From a virus (lineage: Duplodnaviria > Caudoviricetes), in IMG/VR virus record IMGVR_UViG_3300011334_000309, positions 1-46,441 of that record: a DNA stretch of 46,441 bases; one strand, given 5' to 3'. The notes below the pieces were generated by a model. That model was not told the origin of the DNA. It did not search any database and was given only the letters and a program-made list of their open reading frames with translations. Shown here piece after piece: positions 37,164-45,159 of the stretch. The stretch's first letter is position 1. Every line of letters starts with the position of its first letter. The translations under genes were made by a program, and so were the position numbers.

Positions 37164-37352
37164 ATGAAACTACCAAACTATACAACAATGTCTATTGTTG
37201 ACCTAAAAAACGTCAAAATATCTTTAATCCACTTCCTCGACAGTGATGACTATGGAGTACTTTCTCGATACGACTGGGGTGAACAACTTGCAGTGCGTAA
37301 GGAGTATAAATCAGCAGAGACATTATACAACAAATTAATAAAAGAAGCATGA
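37164..37352 (+). CDS. Hypothetical protein (leaderless)
   Basis: ATG 4 nt after the -7 element. Confidence 0.6.
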   Translation: MKLPNYTTMSIVDLKNVKISLIHFLDSDDYGVLSRYDWGEQLAVRKEYKSAETLYNKLIKEA

Positions 37353-37552
37353 CTATAAATGAACTAATAGCTGAACTCTATGAAATGGATGGTGAGTCTG
37401 AAGCTTATGTTATGTTGCCTAATCAAACAGGCGTGTTTCACTTTACAAGTGTAGAGATGACTGCAACGGTAGAAACTGATGAAGGTGTAACTATCTTTTG
37501 TATTGTGCCGCATGAGCCTGAACAGACTCCTTTCTTGCTTAACTATAACTAA
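37349..37552 (+). CDS. Hypothetical acidic protein
   Basis: MT..ELI..L start; ATGA overlap. Confidence 0.65.
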   Translation: MTINELIAELYEMDGESEAYVMLPNQTGVFHFTSVEMTATVETDEGVTIFCIVPHEPEQTPFLLNYN

Positions 37553-37896
37553 AGGTCTTCTCTAAACAAGCACACCTCGTAAATTGGATTGCCAATAAGA
37601 TGGTCATCCAGTTCGCTGATGTCTGTTAGGTCTATACACCTGTACTCAATGCCGCAAACAGTTATGTACTCACCTATTTTTGGTGCGTGATATCTGTCTG
37701 TCTTAAATATGATTGTGTATCTACTTAGCTCAATCCCATCTAATAATGGAAATCTTTTCTCTATCGCTTCCGTAAACTGTGCCTTGCTCTTAGCCTTTAA
37801 CGAAAAAGTAAAGTCATAATACTCTAGCAAATAATTTATGCCCCTTATAGCATAATAAACTACAAAAAATAGTAGTAGTAATAGTAATAAATTCAT
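37549..37896 (-). CDS. Membrane-anchored hypothetical protein
   Basis: N-terminal poly-Leu TM segment. Confidence 0.55.
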   Translation of the reverse strand: MNLLLLLLLFFVVYYAIRGINYLLEYYDFTFSLKAKSKAQFTEAIEKRFPLLDGIELSRYTIIFKTDRYHAPKIGEYITVCGIEYRCIDLTDISELDDHLIGNPIYEVCLFREDL

Positions 37897-37910
37897 GTAA
37901 CCTGTTTTTA

Positions 37911-37982
37911 GCCGAGGGCAGGGAGTCGAACCCCATCTTTACCACCTAATGCGGTATGTGCTGCCGTTAACACTACAACCCG
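37911..37982 (-). tRNA. Degenerate tRNA-like RNA, anticodon TTA
   Basis: D arm, anticodon arm TACCG-CATTAGG-TGGTA and T loop TTCGACT present; acceptor stem poorly paired; promoter at 37995-38002. Confidence 0.55.
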
Positions 37983-38014
37983 TTATTGTTTATGCAAATG
38001 TAATACTTAGAAGT

Positions 38015-38218
38015 TTATTTTCCAAGCTTGCTGATGCTAAATGTTTTATTTTCCCAAATATTTATTTGGTCACTCAAGAAGTGTCTGACTATACCGCCTT
38101 CGCATAGTATAACCGTAAACACATCATTCTCTAATGTGCCTGAACTCTCAACGTACCAAACGTATCCATCCCCAAGGGGAGTTACACAAGGTACTGGCTT
38201 ATTAAATTCGTGTATCAA
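38015..38218 (-). CDS. Conserved phage protein
   Basis: TPLGDG, END.F.V.L motifs. Confidence 0.65.
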   Translation of the reverse strand: MIHEFNKPVPCVTPLGDGYVWYVESSGTLENDVFTVILCEGGIVRHFLSDQINIWENKTFSISKLGK

Positions 38219-38481
38219 CTACACCCCCAACGCTTCAATGCTGCACCTTTTCTAGTCAACTCTCCATTCTTACTAGTCGGCCCTTGCATTCCGCCCATTC
38301 TTGCACAAAAAGATTTCTTTCTGCCTTTGTCTGCTGCTGTCTTTGGATTAGGGGCTGGAGCTTTTAAATTACTACCAGTTTCTCGATTGTACTTTGCACG
38401 GCCCTTAGCTGTTAAGCCTGCGCCTTTGCTTACAGGTAGTTTCTCTCCTCGGCCAACGCTTAGATTTACACTCTTTGCCAT
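38215..38481 (-). CDS. Small basic protein (DUF6321-like)
   Basis: GLTAKGRA.YN..TGSNLKAP, RKKSFCARM.G, AL.RW.C motifs. Confidence 0.75.
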   Translation of the reverse strand: MAKSVNLSVGRGEKLPVSKGAGLTAKGRAKYNRETGSNLKAPAPNPKTAADKGRKKSFCARMGGMQGPTSKNGELTRKGAALKRWGCS

Positions 38482-38483
38482 AA

Positions 38484-38636
38484 TTACTTAGACTTAGCCT
38501 TAATCTTCTTTTCTTGCATTAACATCACCTTTGTAGGCTTCTTAGGAGTAGCTCCTGTCTTTTTGTTCTTTGCGGCCTTCTCACGGATATTGTTGTATAG
38601 AGAGTTCTCTACACCTAATTTATTTAACTTTTTCAT
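38484..38636 (-). CDS. 50-aa basic protein (not in ORF track)
   Basis: MKKLNKLGVENSLYNNIREK...QEKKIKAKSK; ATGA overlap with the endonuclease stop. Confidence 0.65.
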   Translation of the reverse strand: MKKLNKLGVENSLYNNIREKAAKNKKTGATPKKPTKVMLMQEKKIKAKSK

Positions 38637-39253
38637 ATAATTACGTTTTTCCAAGTTTTATTTCTTTTAATATCTTTTACACAATCATAACTTACCCCAA
38701 GCTCAATAGAAACTTGTTTAGGCATTAAGCCTAATAGCAATTTCTTTTTAATCATAATTACTTGTTCTTCATTAAGTTTTGCCATTCTGTGGTTTACACC
38801 TCGTCTCCAGTTTTTGCAAAGCTTAGATAACATTACCTCTCGGTATTCTTCTTCTTGCCATTTGTTTTTTTGGATTAAAGACCTTTCCTTTTTAACAGCT
38901 TCTGTTCTTTTTATACCAAAATTACTGCCAGCAATTTTTGCAACATTATATTTAGGATTAAGAGTATCTAGATAAAACTGCTCTCTAGCTATTAAAATAC
39001 TTTGTTCGCATTCTTCAATAATTTCTAATTTAAAATTATCTTCTCCATACCTTCTAACAGCTCTAACAAGTAAAACGCATGATTGTTTATTTATTCTTAT
39101 ATGATTTATATGCGTGTAATACCTTTTTGTAAAATTACTAGTACTTCCTATATATAAGTCGCCATTTTTTTTGTTGGTTATCTTATAAATAACACCACCC
39201 TTAGCTTTATTCCTTATATATTTAATATACTGCTGTTCTGTTATTTCTAACAT
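38633..39253 (-). CDS. GIY-YIG homing endonuclease with a C-terminal DNA-binding domain
   Basis: GVIYKITN...YIGS, REQFYLD, YN and AKLNEEQV..IK...W motifs; more AT-rich than its neighbours. Confidence 0.9.
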   Translation of the reverse strand: MLEITEQQYIKYIRNKAKGGVIYKITNKKNGDLYIGSTSNFTKRYYTHINHIRINKQSCVLLVRAVRRYGEDNFKLEIIEECEQSILIAREQFYLDTLNPKYNVAKIAGSNFGIKRTEAVKKERSLIQKNKWQEEEYREVMLSKLCKNWRRGVNHRMAKLNEEQVIMIKKKLLLGLMPKQVSIELGVSYDCVKDIKRNKTWKNVII

Positions 39254-39254
39254 A

Positions 39255-39317
39255 TTATTTATCGTATAACCCTTTTGGTGAAGTAGAACCGTCTTTGCGT
39301 TTCATCATTTGTGCCAT
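39255..39317 (-). pseudogene. Truncated 5' fragment of a small basic gene
   Basis: MAQMMKRKDGSTSPKGLYDK-stop immediately before the endonuclease ATG. Confidence 0.5.
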
Positions 39318-39319
39318 GA

Positions 39320-39508
39320 CTATTTCTTTTTAGATTGTGAGTAACTGATTGCGACTGCTTGTTTGATTTTTGCTTTCTTTGGGCTGATGCCCTCTTTCTT
39401 AGCTATAGTCTTTATCGCTTTAGCACGAGCAGGACTTGGCTTAGATGTAGATAATTCACGCACATTAGCGGATATTACCTTTGAACTTGAACCTGATTTT
39501 AGTGGCAT
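39320..39508 (-). CDS. Small basic protein
   Basis: MPLK.G.S.K.IS.N..E and KQAVAI motifs. Confidence 0.7.
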   Translation of the reverse strand: MPLKSGSSSKVISANVRELSTSKPSPARAKAIKTIAKKEGISPKKAKIKQAVAISYSQSKKK

Positions 39509-39509
39509 A

Positions 39510-39977
39510 TTATCTTCTTTTTATTGGTATTTTTTTGTTTGAATTATCAGATGTTTCACCTTCTTTATAAAAGCCAGGTCTTAAGCCTGTTTCTTTCATA
39601 AACTTTCTGCCTTGTTTAAATTCAGTTTTTTCTGATGACTCTTTAACCTCAGTCTTTTTCATACTAAGTTCTACCCTTTCAGGTTTATTTAACTTAGGTG
39701 TTCTGTCCAATGGTTTAATTTGTTCTGCTGTTGCAGTTTGTTTTTTAATAGCAGGTTTTACTATTTCTTTAAACAAATATTGATTACCTGCTTCTGCATA
39801 CCCTCCTATCCTAGGGTCATTTTTATTTGTTACATAAATAGGAGGATGTTTTTTAGCATATTCATCTGACACAATATCCCTTCCTGCATTTTTGCTATAA
39901 GCTATTTTCTTACTTACAGGTTTATCAATAGTTTCATTATTTGTACTTAATGGCTTTCTGCTTAATGGTAGTGGCAT
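39510..39977 (-). CDS. Basic low-complexity protein
   Basis: 155-aa K/P-rich ORF. Confidence 0.6.
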   Translation of the reverse strand: MPLPLSRKPLSTNNETIDKPVSKKIAYSKNAGRDIVSDEYAKKHPPIYVTNKNDPRIGGYAEAGNQYLFKEIVKPAIKKQTATAEQIKPLDRTPKLNKPERVELSMKKTEVKESSEKTEFKQGRKFMKETGLRPGFYKEGETSDNSNKKIPIKRR

Positions 39978-39990
39978 AAAATATTGCTTT

Positions 39991-40329
39991 TTACAAATTT
40001 ACGGTTTTTTTTCTATTTTCTTTAGCCCATTTTGCGCAGAATGCGTATATGTCAAATATATCTTCGTTAAAAGACATAGCAAACATATTAAAATGCCCCA
40101 GGTTAATAGTCCTGTGGTGCAAGCTAACCTCTAAGTTCCGTACAAAGCATCTGCTAAACCTTACGTCATACTCCTCATTTATCTTGCGTATCCATCCTGA
40201 GATAGACATGTCATGCCTCCTTATCCTGTCTCTAAGGTAAGCGGCAAGTGCAGGATAGGCATAGTCTTCACCAAGGATAAAAGATTGCCTTGCACGGATT
40301 ACAGTCTTATTGTAAAGTATTCTACTCAT
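39991..40329 (-). CDS. Hypothetical, possibly HTH DNA-binding protein
   Basis: Helical and basic. Confidence 0.5.
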   Translation of the reverse strand: MSRILYNKTVIRARQSFILGEDYAYPALAAYLRDRIRRHDMSISGWIRKINEEYDVRFSRCFVRNLEVSLHHRTINLGHFNMFAMSFNEDIFDIYAFCAKWAKENRKKTVNL

Positions 40330-40330
40330 G

Positions 40331-40756
40331 CTATCTTCCTAGTTTTGCATGAACAAGCATTTTAATGTGTTCAAACTTCTTTCTGTATTCCTTGTCTGTA
40401 ATAATTAAATCATTAACTGTAATTACAGAATAAATCACGGAGCTGTGGTCAATACCGCCAAATCTTAATCCTGTTGACTTTAAGCTAAGTCTTGTATGTT
40501 CCCTAACTAATGTAATAGCTATTTGCCTTGGTTCTACTATTTCACGCTTTCTGCTTCTAGACTCAATCATCCAGAGGTTTATTCCAAAGTACTTGCAAAC
40601 AATTCCCTTTATATCGTTAACCTTGTCATCATCTGTTTGGTTCTTGTCGCTTATCTTGCAATAAGGAGTGGCAACGTAAACATTAGTGTTGTGGCATCTC
40701 TTTGTAAGGATAATCTCTTTAGTTATTGTCTGTCGTACTGTCTCCGCTGTTATCAT
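40331..40756 (-). CDS. DnaA C-terminal (domain IV) HTH protein
   Basis: SR.REIV.PRQIA..L.RE.T.LSL...G..FGG.DHSSVIYS matches DnaA domain IV; no AAA+ domain. Confidence 0.85.
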   Translation of the reverse strand: MITAETVRQTITKEIILTKRCHNTNVYVATPYCKISDKNQTDDDKVNDIKGIVCKYFGINLWMIESRSRKREIVEPRQIAITLVREHTRLSLKSTGLRFGGIDHSSVIYSVITVNDLIITDKEYRKKFEHIKMLVHAKLGR

Positions 40757-40958
40757 TTTCTTCTGTTTTAAATTTGATTGCATCTTGCAATGCTAAACTA
40801 TCTGTGTTACTTAACTTGACGTTCTTCATAGCCTCCAAATCTTCTAATGGCATCTGCTTGAACTCTTCTAGCTTGGTACTGTACCTAAGTCTTACTTTTG
40901 GATTAACCTGGCCCTTGACAATCATCTTGGCCATGTTTCTTCTTTGTGTTCTGTTCAT
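40719..40958 (-). CDS. Hypothetical protein
   Basis: MNR.QRR start. Confidence 0.6.
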   Translation of the reverse strand: MNRTQRRNMAKMIVKGQVNPKVRLRYSTKLEEFKQMPLEDLEAMKNVKLSNTDSLALQDAIKFKTEENDNSGDSTTDNN

Positions 40959-41065
40959 ATTATTTTTTTATTTATACGCATTGATACGCAAATATTCGTA
41001 ACATATACTTAGTGTTCTTTGTTACTAGTAATGTGTCATAAAACCATCATTAATGCCTGATTTTG

Positions 41066-41237
41066 CTACTTATGGCGGACATTATCTTCTTCCTTAAGCA
41101 ATGAATAAATTATAAAAGCTATCTGTGTAGCTAGTACCATCTTTAACATCTCTTCAGTGCATGAATTTTTCCAAATATTCCATGCTATTAATATTGATAT
41201 TACCCAAAGTGCCATATATAATCCAAATGTTCTCATA
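41066..41237 (-). CDS. Small membrane protein
   Basis: Two hydrophobic segments; start position uncertain. Confidence 0.45.
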
Positions 41238-41678
41238 TTAGTCATGGGTTTTAAATTGTTCTTGCATCCATTTAGCTCCTCTAAAATAAGCATCTATTTC
41301 TGTTTCACACCCACTACCGTAATGTTCTTCCATTGCTAAAGTAGCTTGGTCAAATATGTCTTTGTCTATTAATTTTTGAACTTTATCTTCAACCATCTTC
41401 CTGACATCAGGAAATTGGTCTGCCATTTCGTTGGTGTCAACAATATGGTCATCACTTCCCTTACTTCCATAAGTTTCATTGTAGTATTTATCTGCTGTTG
41501 AATATGGCTTATCTCTTAATTCAAAAGATTTGTTATAAGCATCTATTATCTGTTGCTTTTCCATTTCTTTGGCTTGTTCAATTAGTAAATCTAATGTTTC
41601 CCAATCTATTTTACAAAATTGTGAGTCACCATAATCTTCTAATTCTTTACCCAACCATTCTACTGATGTTCTGTTCAT
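41238..41678 (-). CDS. Third copy of the SVEWL...QAKEMEK...YYNETYG family, with an extension
   Basis: Motif shared with 34975..35406. Confidence 0.7.
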   Translation of the reverse strand: MNRTSVEWLGKELEDYGDSQFCKIDWETLDLLIEQAKEMEKQQIIDAYNKSFELRDKPYSTADKYYNETYGSKGSDDHIVDTNEMADQFPDVRKMVEDKVQKLIDKDIFDQATLAMEEHYGSGCETEIDAYFRGAKWMQEQFKTHD

Positions 41679-41986
41679 ATTACTAATTCGTTCATTTTTT
41701 CTTCTGTCATTTCCATTATCTGATAGATAAACTCTTGCTGTTCTTCAAGGGTCATCTTTTTAATCCTAGCATCTACAAAAGCCTTGTCTATTATATTGAT
41801 AAAGTGATTAGCTTTGGGGGCTAACTCTTTGATAGCCCCCACTATTTCGTCATTCTCTATTCCTTGCAATGCACCTGACTTCTTAAGCCATAGTATATTC
41901 TCGGATATAACTTTTGAATGCCAATACGTGGCAAGTAAAGTTTTAGAGATTGTATCTTTGTCTGGTTTACCTAAGTTGCTTGTCAT
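41675..41986 (-). CDS. Hypothetical protein
   Basis: Helical ORF. Confidence 0.6.
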   Translation of the reverse strand: MTSNLGKPDKDTISKTLLATYWHSKVISENILWLKKSGALQGIENDEIVGAIKELAPKANHFINIIDKAFVDARIKKMTLEEQQEFIYQIMEMTEEKMNELVI

Positions 41987-41996
41987 GGTTTGTTAA

Positions 41997-42296
41997 TTAA
42001 AACGGCAAATCATCGCTGGCTGTAGTATCAATAGGGTAGTCGTTAATAAATGACGTATCTCTATCTTTTTTTAGCGGGTCTTGGATTGGCTGTCTTTCTA
42101 TTTTCTCTTGCTTAACAAAAGGCTCAGAGATTTTGCCTGAGAAAAATGTTTTGCCATTGTTTTCTTTTGGCCATACCGCAAACTCTTTCTCTACACCGTT
42201 TACAGTTAATTTACCTTTGTACTTAGGGGACTTGCCACCTTCTGTGTAATATTCATTTTCGAACATTACAATTACATTGTCGAATTTAGTTTCCAT
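41997..42296 (-). CDS. Putative ssDNA-binding protein
   Basis: P.YKG...V.G..A.W...G..F.SG core; C-terminal DDLPF tail. Confidence 0.65.
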   Translation of the reverse strand: METKFDNVIVMFENEYYTEGGKSPKYKGKLTVNGVEKEFAVWPKENNGKTFFSGKISEPFVKQEKIERQPIQDPLKKDRDTSFINDYPIDTTASDDLPF

Positions 42297-42312
42297 TGTT
42301 TTTTTTTATAAT

Positions 42313-42537
42313 TTAATTTGATAACATTATTCTTTCTGCATGCACTGTTGTTTTTATTCCATCAATCCATATTGTTGCTGATGTTGGCGTGGTTGTAGTC
42401 ACCGAATCAACTGATATATGACATGATGCTAAATTAAACCCTGTTCCATTTGACATATAAACAGTCATGTTTCTTCTTTTCTCGCTACTACAAGAGACCA
42501 TTACCAATAACGGTAAAATAATTAATAAATATTTCAT
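42313..42537 (-). CDS. Small lipoprotein
   Basis: MKYLLIILPLLVMVS-C. Confidence 0.65.
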   Translation of the reverse strand: MKYLLIILPLLVMVSCSSEKRRNMTVYMSNGTGFNLASCHISVDSVTTTTPTSATIWIDGIKTTVHAERIMLSN

Positions 42538-42544
42538 TGTTGTA

Positions 42545-42751
42545 TTATTTTAAGTGTTCTTCTTTTTGTATTAATGTCTCTAGGTAATTGCATAAATCCA
42601 TAGCCTCCATCTGTGCGTGTCTAAGGAATGCTAATCTTGTCTCCTTGCTATCATTCAGTGTAGTATTGTACTTTGTGATGCCTATCTCGCTACGGGTCTT
42701 TAGCTTCCACATTACTGCTTCTACTATTTTGTCTGTTGTTTTAATATCCAT
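42545..42751 (-). CDS. Small all-alpha NTP-pyrophosphatase-like protein
   Basis: R...G..KY.TTL and H.Q.E.MD...YL motifs. Confidence 0.55.
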   Translation of the reverse strand: MDIKTTDKIVEAVMWKLKTRSEIGITKYNTTLNDSKETRLAFLRHAQMEAMDLCNYLETLIQKEEHLK

Positions 42752-42920
42752 ATATTGTTGTTTCTACTACTTCCGTATACTTCATATCTGCTACTTTCTT
42801 GTAAATCGAAATGTGTTCTTTTGCGCTTGCAACAAGTCTTCTCGAATAACTCATAGCCTCATCTTCCGTATGAAACTCCATAACAATATGACCATTTATA
42901 TCTATTAGTGCGTAATTCAT
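42741..42920 (-). CDS. Hypothetical protein (leaderless)
   Basis: TACATTTG at 42925-42932, 4 nt before ATG 42920. Confidence 0.6.
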   Translation of the reverse strand: MNYALIDINGHIVMEFHTEDEAMSYSRRLVASAKEHISIYKKVADMKYTEVVETTIYGY

Positions 42921-42957
42921 GGTACAAATGTAATACATTAAATAACATACACAAGTT

Positions 42958-43152
42958 TTATTTATAAATTAATTTTAATGTTTGGTCTTCTACGGCTAAT
43001 TCAAATGCATCTGCCTGGTATTCAAATATCTTTCCTGTTGCCATATTCTTTAGCTCTACCCTGTTTGCTTTCGAACCACGCCACCATATGCCGTCAATTA
43101 TAAACTTGAACTTGCCATTCGTGTACATATCTCCTTTTCTGTATACTCTCAT
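42958..43152 (-). CDS. Hypothetical protein
   Basis: ORF directly after the helicase gene. Confidence 0.6.
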   Translation of the reverse strand: MRVYRKGDMYTNGKFKFIIDGIWWRGSKANRVELKNMATGKIFEYQADAFELAVEDQTLKLIYK

Positions 43153-43155
43153 ATT

Positions 43156-45033
43156 TTAAAATGGGGCATCGCCATTATCATCCTTGTGTACATCGTAAAA
43201 GCTTTGGTATGGTTTCTTATCGGAATGAGTTTCAGTTGGCATGAACCTGTTGTTCTCCAATGGGTCTATCCCGTTAAATATAAAACGTCTCTTCCAATAA
43301 TCAAAAGATGCTTCTATCTTACCTCTTTTAAATAACCTTTGCTTCTTTACTTTCTTAGTTTCTATTTCACAGGCATTACTTGTTGGGTCTGTCAAGTTCA
43401 ATGGCCTGTGGTAAATCATAATGTTATCCATCTTGTTTGCCCACATCGCTCCACCTGCTAAATCAAATACATCAGGCATAGGATAGTTGCCATCGGCATT
43501 CTTCTGCATCTTTGTAGGATGTGCAATAACATTAAAGAACACACTATTCTCTTTTGCAAAACGTGAGAAATCCCCTAATGCCGACTCAAGGTATTTGTCA
43601 TCCCTGCCATTAAACTTGCCGTAGTCATTCGTTAACTGATTGAATGGGTCTAATATTACGCCAGTTACTTTCTTTGTTATAATCAGCTCCAAGAACTTTG
43701 CTTTAATTGTCTGTGGTGTTGGGCTAAGTGTTTCGGGGTACACATAAAAGAAATGCTCTGTTACAAAATCGTATGCCTTCTTAAATACATCCTTACTTAC
43801 TCTCGTTTTATTTTCAGGAGTAAGATGCGCCCCTAACAATCTTTCCGCAAATGTAAAGTACCACTCGTCAGCAGGATAATTCTCAGGAGAATATACGGCC
43901 CACTTATCACCATTGTAATAACTTTTAACTAGTGCTAGAAATTCAATGTACTCTGACTTACCGCTATTTGCAAGCCCTGACGTTAATGTAATCTGCCCTC
44001 TTTTCCATTTAAATATTTGGTCTACAGCAGGGATGTGTGTTGTCTCGGCACTCTCGTACCCATTGTCGTATAATGATTCTGCGGCTTCCCAAACTTGCTC
44101 ACCATAAATTACATCCTGGAGCTTGTACCCATCTTCTAATATCTTAGGATTAATCTCAACAAGTGTTTCTCTATTAAGTATCTTATTGTTTTCAAAGTAC
44201 TCAGTACCTTGTTTATGCACGTTAGCTTTATACGCACTCTCAATTGCTTTGATTGCTTCGTTACGTGAGAAGTCGCTATCTCTTCCAAGGAAGTCTGTAG
44301 CAATAAACCCTTCTGCAACATACATATCAATACCAAACCTGCAACACGCAGCTGCCAACTTAAAAATAAATAAGTTTCTTTGGCCACTAACAAAAGCATC
44401 GTTTCTATTCTCAAGCCATGTTAATATACGCTTGTACTTTTCGTAGTCATCCCTTACGGCCTCTGTAATTTCAATCTTTTCTTTTACGACTTCGTACTGC
44501 TTCTCTTCAATATAGTCATCCCAAACAGAACAGTGCTCGTTAATGTAGATATTCTCATCAACACTTTCGTAACACACCCTGCTGATGTTAATGCCTGTAG
44601 GGTCAACATGCGGGAAACGAACTTGAATAGATTTAAAATGCTCCTTGTGTCTCTCAGGATATTTAATTTTGAACAATGCCTTTACGCCTTTACCACTAGG
44701 ACTAATCCAGCACGCATAAGTGTGCTCACTCATCTTGAGTTCCGTCTTCGTCATCTGGGCCGTAACATCACTGTCCATGTCAAAGTCAAGGCAGATAAAT
44801 CCACTGTGTTTTGTAAGTCCTGTATCAACTCTTGATGTGAACTCTCCACTAAATAATACACACGGCAATTGTTTTTTCAACTCAGATATCTCATTAGAAT
44901 CTGTGCTTGCACGTATCTTGTCTATCAAGTCTTTAGTAGTCTTCTTAGGCTTCTTGATGCGTTCTAATGCAAACGATAGAGCCTTGTGATGATAGTTTTT
45001 GATGTCGGTAATTTGTTTAAAGAATGTAATCAT
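43156..45033 (-). CDS. Primase-helicase (BT4734/VirE-N AEP-like, PriCT, SF4 helicase)
   Basis: KKQLP..FSG, HSG.ICLDFD, ISPSGKG.K, GQRN..FKLA, Walker A GLANSGKS, ILDPFN, IAHPTK and DLAGGA.W.NK.DN motifs. Confidence 0.88.
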   Translation of the reverse strand: MITFFKQITDIKNYHHKALSFALERIKKPKKTTKDLIDKIRASTDSNEISELKKQLPCVLFSGEFTSRVDTGLTKHSGFICLDFDMDSDVTAQMTKTELKMSEHTYACWISPSGKGVKALFKIKYPERHKEHFKSIQVRFPHVDPTGINISRVCYESVDENIYINEHCSVWDDYIEEKQYEVVKEKIEITEAVRDDYEKYKRILTWLENRNDAFVSGQRNLFIFKLAAACCRFGIDMYVAEGFIATDFLGRDSDFSRNEAIKAIESAYKANVHKQGTEYFENNKILNRETLVEINPKILEDGYKLQDVIYGEQVWEAAESLYDNGYESAETTHIPAVDQIFKWKRGQITLTSGLANSGKSEYIEFLALVKSYYNGDKWAVYSPENYPADEWYFTFAERLLGAHLTPENKTRVSKDVFKKAYDFVTEHFFYVYPETLSPTPQTIKAKFLELIITKKVTGVILDPFNQLTNDYGKFNGRDDKYLESALGDFSRFAKENSVFFNVIAHPTKMQKNADGNYPMPDVFDLAGGAMWANKMDNIMIYHRPLNLTDPTSNACEIETKKVKKQRLFKRGKIEASFDYWKRRFIFNGIDPLENNRFMPTETHSDKKPYQSFYDVHKDDNGDAPF

Positions 45034-45041
45034 GGTATCAG

Positions 45042-45108
45042 CAAAGATATTTATTGTAATACAAAATACAAAATTTATTTTTTAATTTAATTTTAAGTAT
45101 TACATTTG
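45042..45108. promoter_or_regulatory. Divergent promoter pair
   Basis: TATCTTTG on - (45042-45049) and TACATTTG on + (45101-45108). Confidence 0.6.
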
Positions 45109-45159
45109 CCTTAAGAATGAAAGAGTTAGATAAAAAAAATAACTTAAACCAAAAACAAC

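Noticed and set aside
38633-39253. Group I intron around the GIY-YIG gene
   Set aside because: Flanking ORFs abut the gene directly, leaving no room for a ribozyme core.
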